From contig MU008151.1 in NCBI GenBank assembly GCA_010909165.1, forward strand, positions 558,001 to 622,000: a DNA stretch of 64,000 nt. Direction: 5' to 3'. The position numbers were made by a program, and so were the translations under genes. Each line of letters starts with the position of its first letter. Position 1 is the first letter of the stretch. Positions 62,425-64,000 of the stretch are shown piece by piece. Source of the stretch: Anthoceros angustus (taxonomy: Eukaryota; Plantae; Anthocerotophyta). Below the pieces are notes generated by a model. That model had not been told where the DNA came from, made no database searches, and saw only the letters and a program-made list of their open reading frames with translations.

Positions 62425-63870
62425 AGGAGTAGGAGGAGGAGGAGGAGAGAATTTTTCAGCCCGCTGTGACATGATGTTGGTGAAGGGATGGTGGTGGGGC
62501 GCGGGATCACGTGTCTGACCGCAGCATCTTGAGCATTGCAAGGTCGGCCAGACTGTTCCAATACGTGATTTCCTCTCAAATTTTTCAGCATTGCTATGTA
62601 ACTAGCTAGTGCTTGATTTGATGTTAGAGAAGGCGATAGTAGCATGGCGAGGTGTCTCGTGTGCATGTACAAGCGCAAGTAGTTGCAAGGTCGCCAAGAC
62701 CCATTCCATCGTTATTTCTTATCTCAAATTTTGTGATGCGTAACTGACTATGATGTGAAGTTAGGGAAGGCGATGGAAGAATGGAGGGTTTCATGTACAT
62801 GTATAGTGCAAGGTGAGGCCAAGACCCATTCAATGCTTTGTGATTTTCTACCTCAAAATTTTATTTGATACGTGATCACCTTTGTGATGTGACATTAGAA
62901 GCGATGCTAGTAGGAGGAGGAGGAGGAGAATTTTTCAGCCCTGTGACATGATGTTGGTGAAGGGATGGTGGTGGGGCGGGATCACGTGTCTGACCCATAG
63001 CGAGATCTTGCGAGCATTGCAAGGTCGAGGCCAAGACACTGTTCCAATCTTGTGATTTCCTCTCAAATTTTTCATTTGTTGCGTAACTAGCTAGCGATTT
63101 GATGTTAGAAGGCGATAGTAGCATGGCGGTGTCTCGTGTGCATGTACAAGCGCAAGTAGTTGCAAGGTCGAGCCAAGACCCATTCCATCTTTGTTATTTC
63201 TTATCTCAAATTTTTGTGATGCGTAACGGACTATGATGTGAAGTTAGGAAGGCGATGGAAGAATGGAGGGTTTCATGTACATGTATAGGCTGCAAGGTGA
63301 GGCCAAGACCCATTCAATGCTTTGTGATTTTCTACCTCAAAATTTTATTTGATACGTGATCACCTTTGTGATGTGACATTAGAAGCGATGCTAGTAGGAG
63401 GAGGAGGAGGAGAATTTTTCAGCCCTGTGACATGATGTTGGTGAAGGGATGGTGGTGGGGCGGGATCACGTGTCTGACCCATAGCGAGATCTTGCGAGCA
63501 TTGCAAGGTCGAGGCCAAGACACTGTTCCAATCTTGTGATTTCCTCTCAAATTTTTCATTTGTTGCGTAACTAGCTAGCGATTTGATGTTAGAAGGCGAT
63601 AGTAGCATGGCGGTGTCTCGTGTGCATGTACAAGCGCAAGTAGTTGCAAGGTCGAGCCAAGACCCATTCCATCTTTGTTATTTCTTATCTCAAATTTTGT
63701 GATGCGTAACGGACTATGATGTGAAGTTAGGAAGGCGATGGAAGAATGGAGGGTTTCATGTACATGTATAGGCTGCAAGGTGAGGCCAAGACCCATTCAA
63801 TGCTTTGTGATTTTCTACCTCAAAATTTTATTTGATACGTGATCACCTTTGTGATGTGACATTAGAAGCG
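62425..63870. repeat. ~484-bp tandem repeat x3, preceded by a purine-rich (GGA)n tract (~62305-62450)
   Basis: Identical 82-aa ORFs at 62876 and 63360 (offset 484). Units start at tagtaggaggaggaggaggagaatttttcagc. Confidence 0.92.
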
Positions 63871-64000
63871 TAGGCGGTCTTGGGTGAATAGGGGTGACAA
63901 GGCCGTGAAGCGGTAGGAGGGATGTGTTTAGAGGGCCAAATCTAGGTCTTTAGCACAAAGAAGGCGAGTGTCTTGTCACCGGCCAAATGTGAGACATGTG

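Overview
Eukaryotic land-plant nuclear DNA with short GT-AG introns. Three clues point to a plant with flagellated sperm and U-to-C organellar RNA editing, most likely a hornwort (inference): compact gene spacing, a SAS-4/CENPJ centriole gene, and DYW:KP 'GRP'-type PPR genes. From 0 to 28.5 kb is a gene-dense housekeeping block: FEY-like SDR 3' end, PCNA, a secreted DUF26/Gnk2-like protein, SAS-4/CENPJ, NDUFA9, a P-class PPR, MAP1D and TRAP-beta. From 32 to 53 kb is a ~21-kb head-to-tail minus-strand array of PLS-PPR-E-DYW:KP genes ending in ...CSCKGRP. It holds 9 DYW tails and 7 copies of an N-terminal module resembling the PDF ssDNA-binding motif of OSB proteins. Four copies are full length but frameshifted in this sequence. 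The others are partial or internally deleted, several with microhomology at the junction, and a TSD-flanked insertion sits in two spacers. From 53 to 64 kb is TE-rich: Copia and possible non-LTR fragments, a GNA-type mannose-binding lectin preceded by a 24-bp minisatellite, a kinase pseudogene, and a 484-bp tandem repeat. The most interesting system is the PDF-motif + PPR + DYW:KP array, a set of candidate U-to-C editing factors whose RNA-recognition code differs between copies. Many array frameshifts may be long-read consensus errors.
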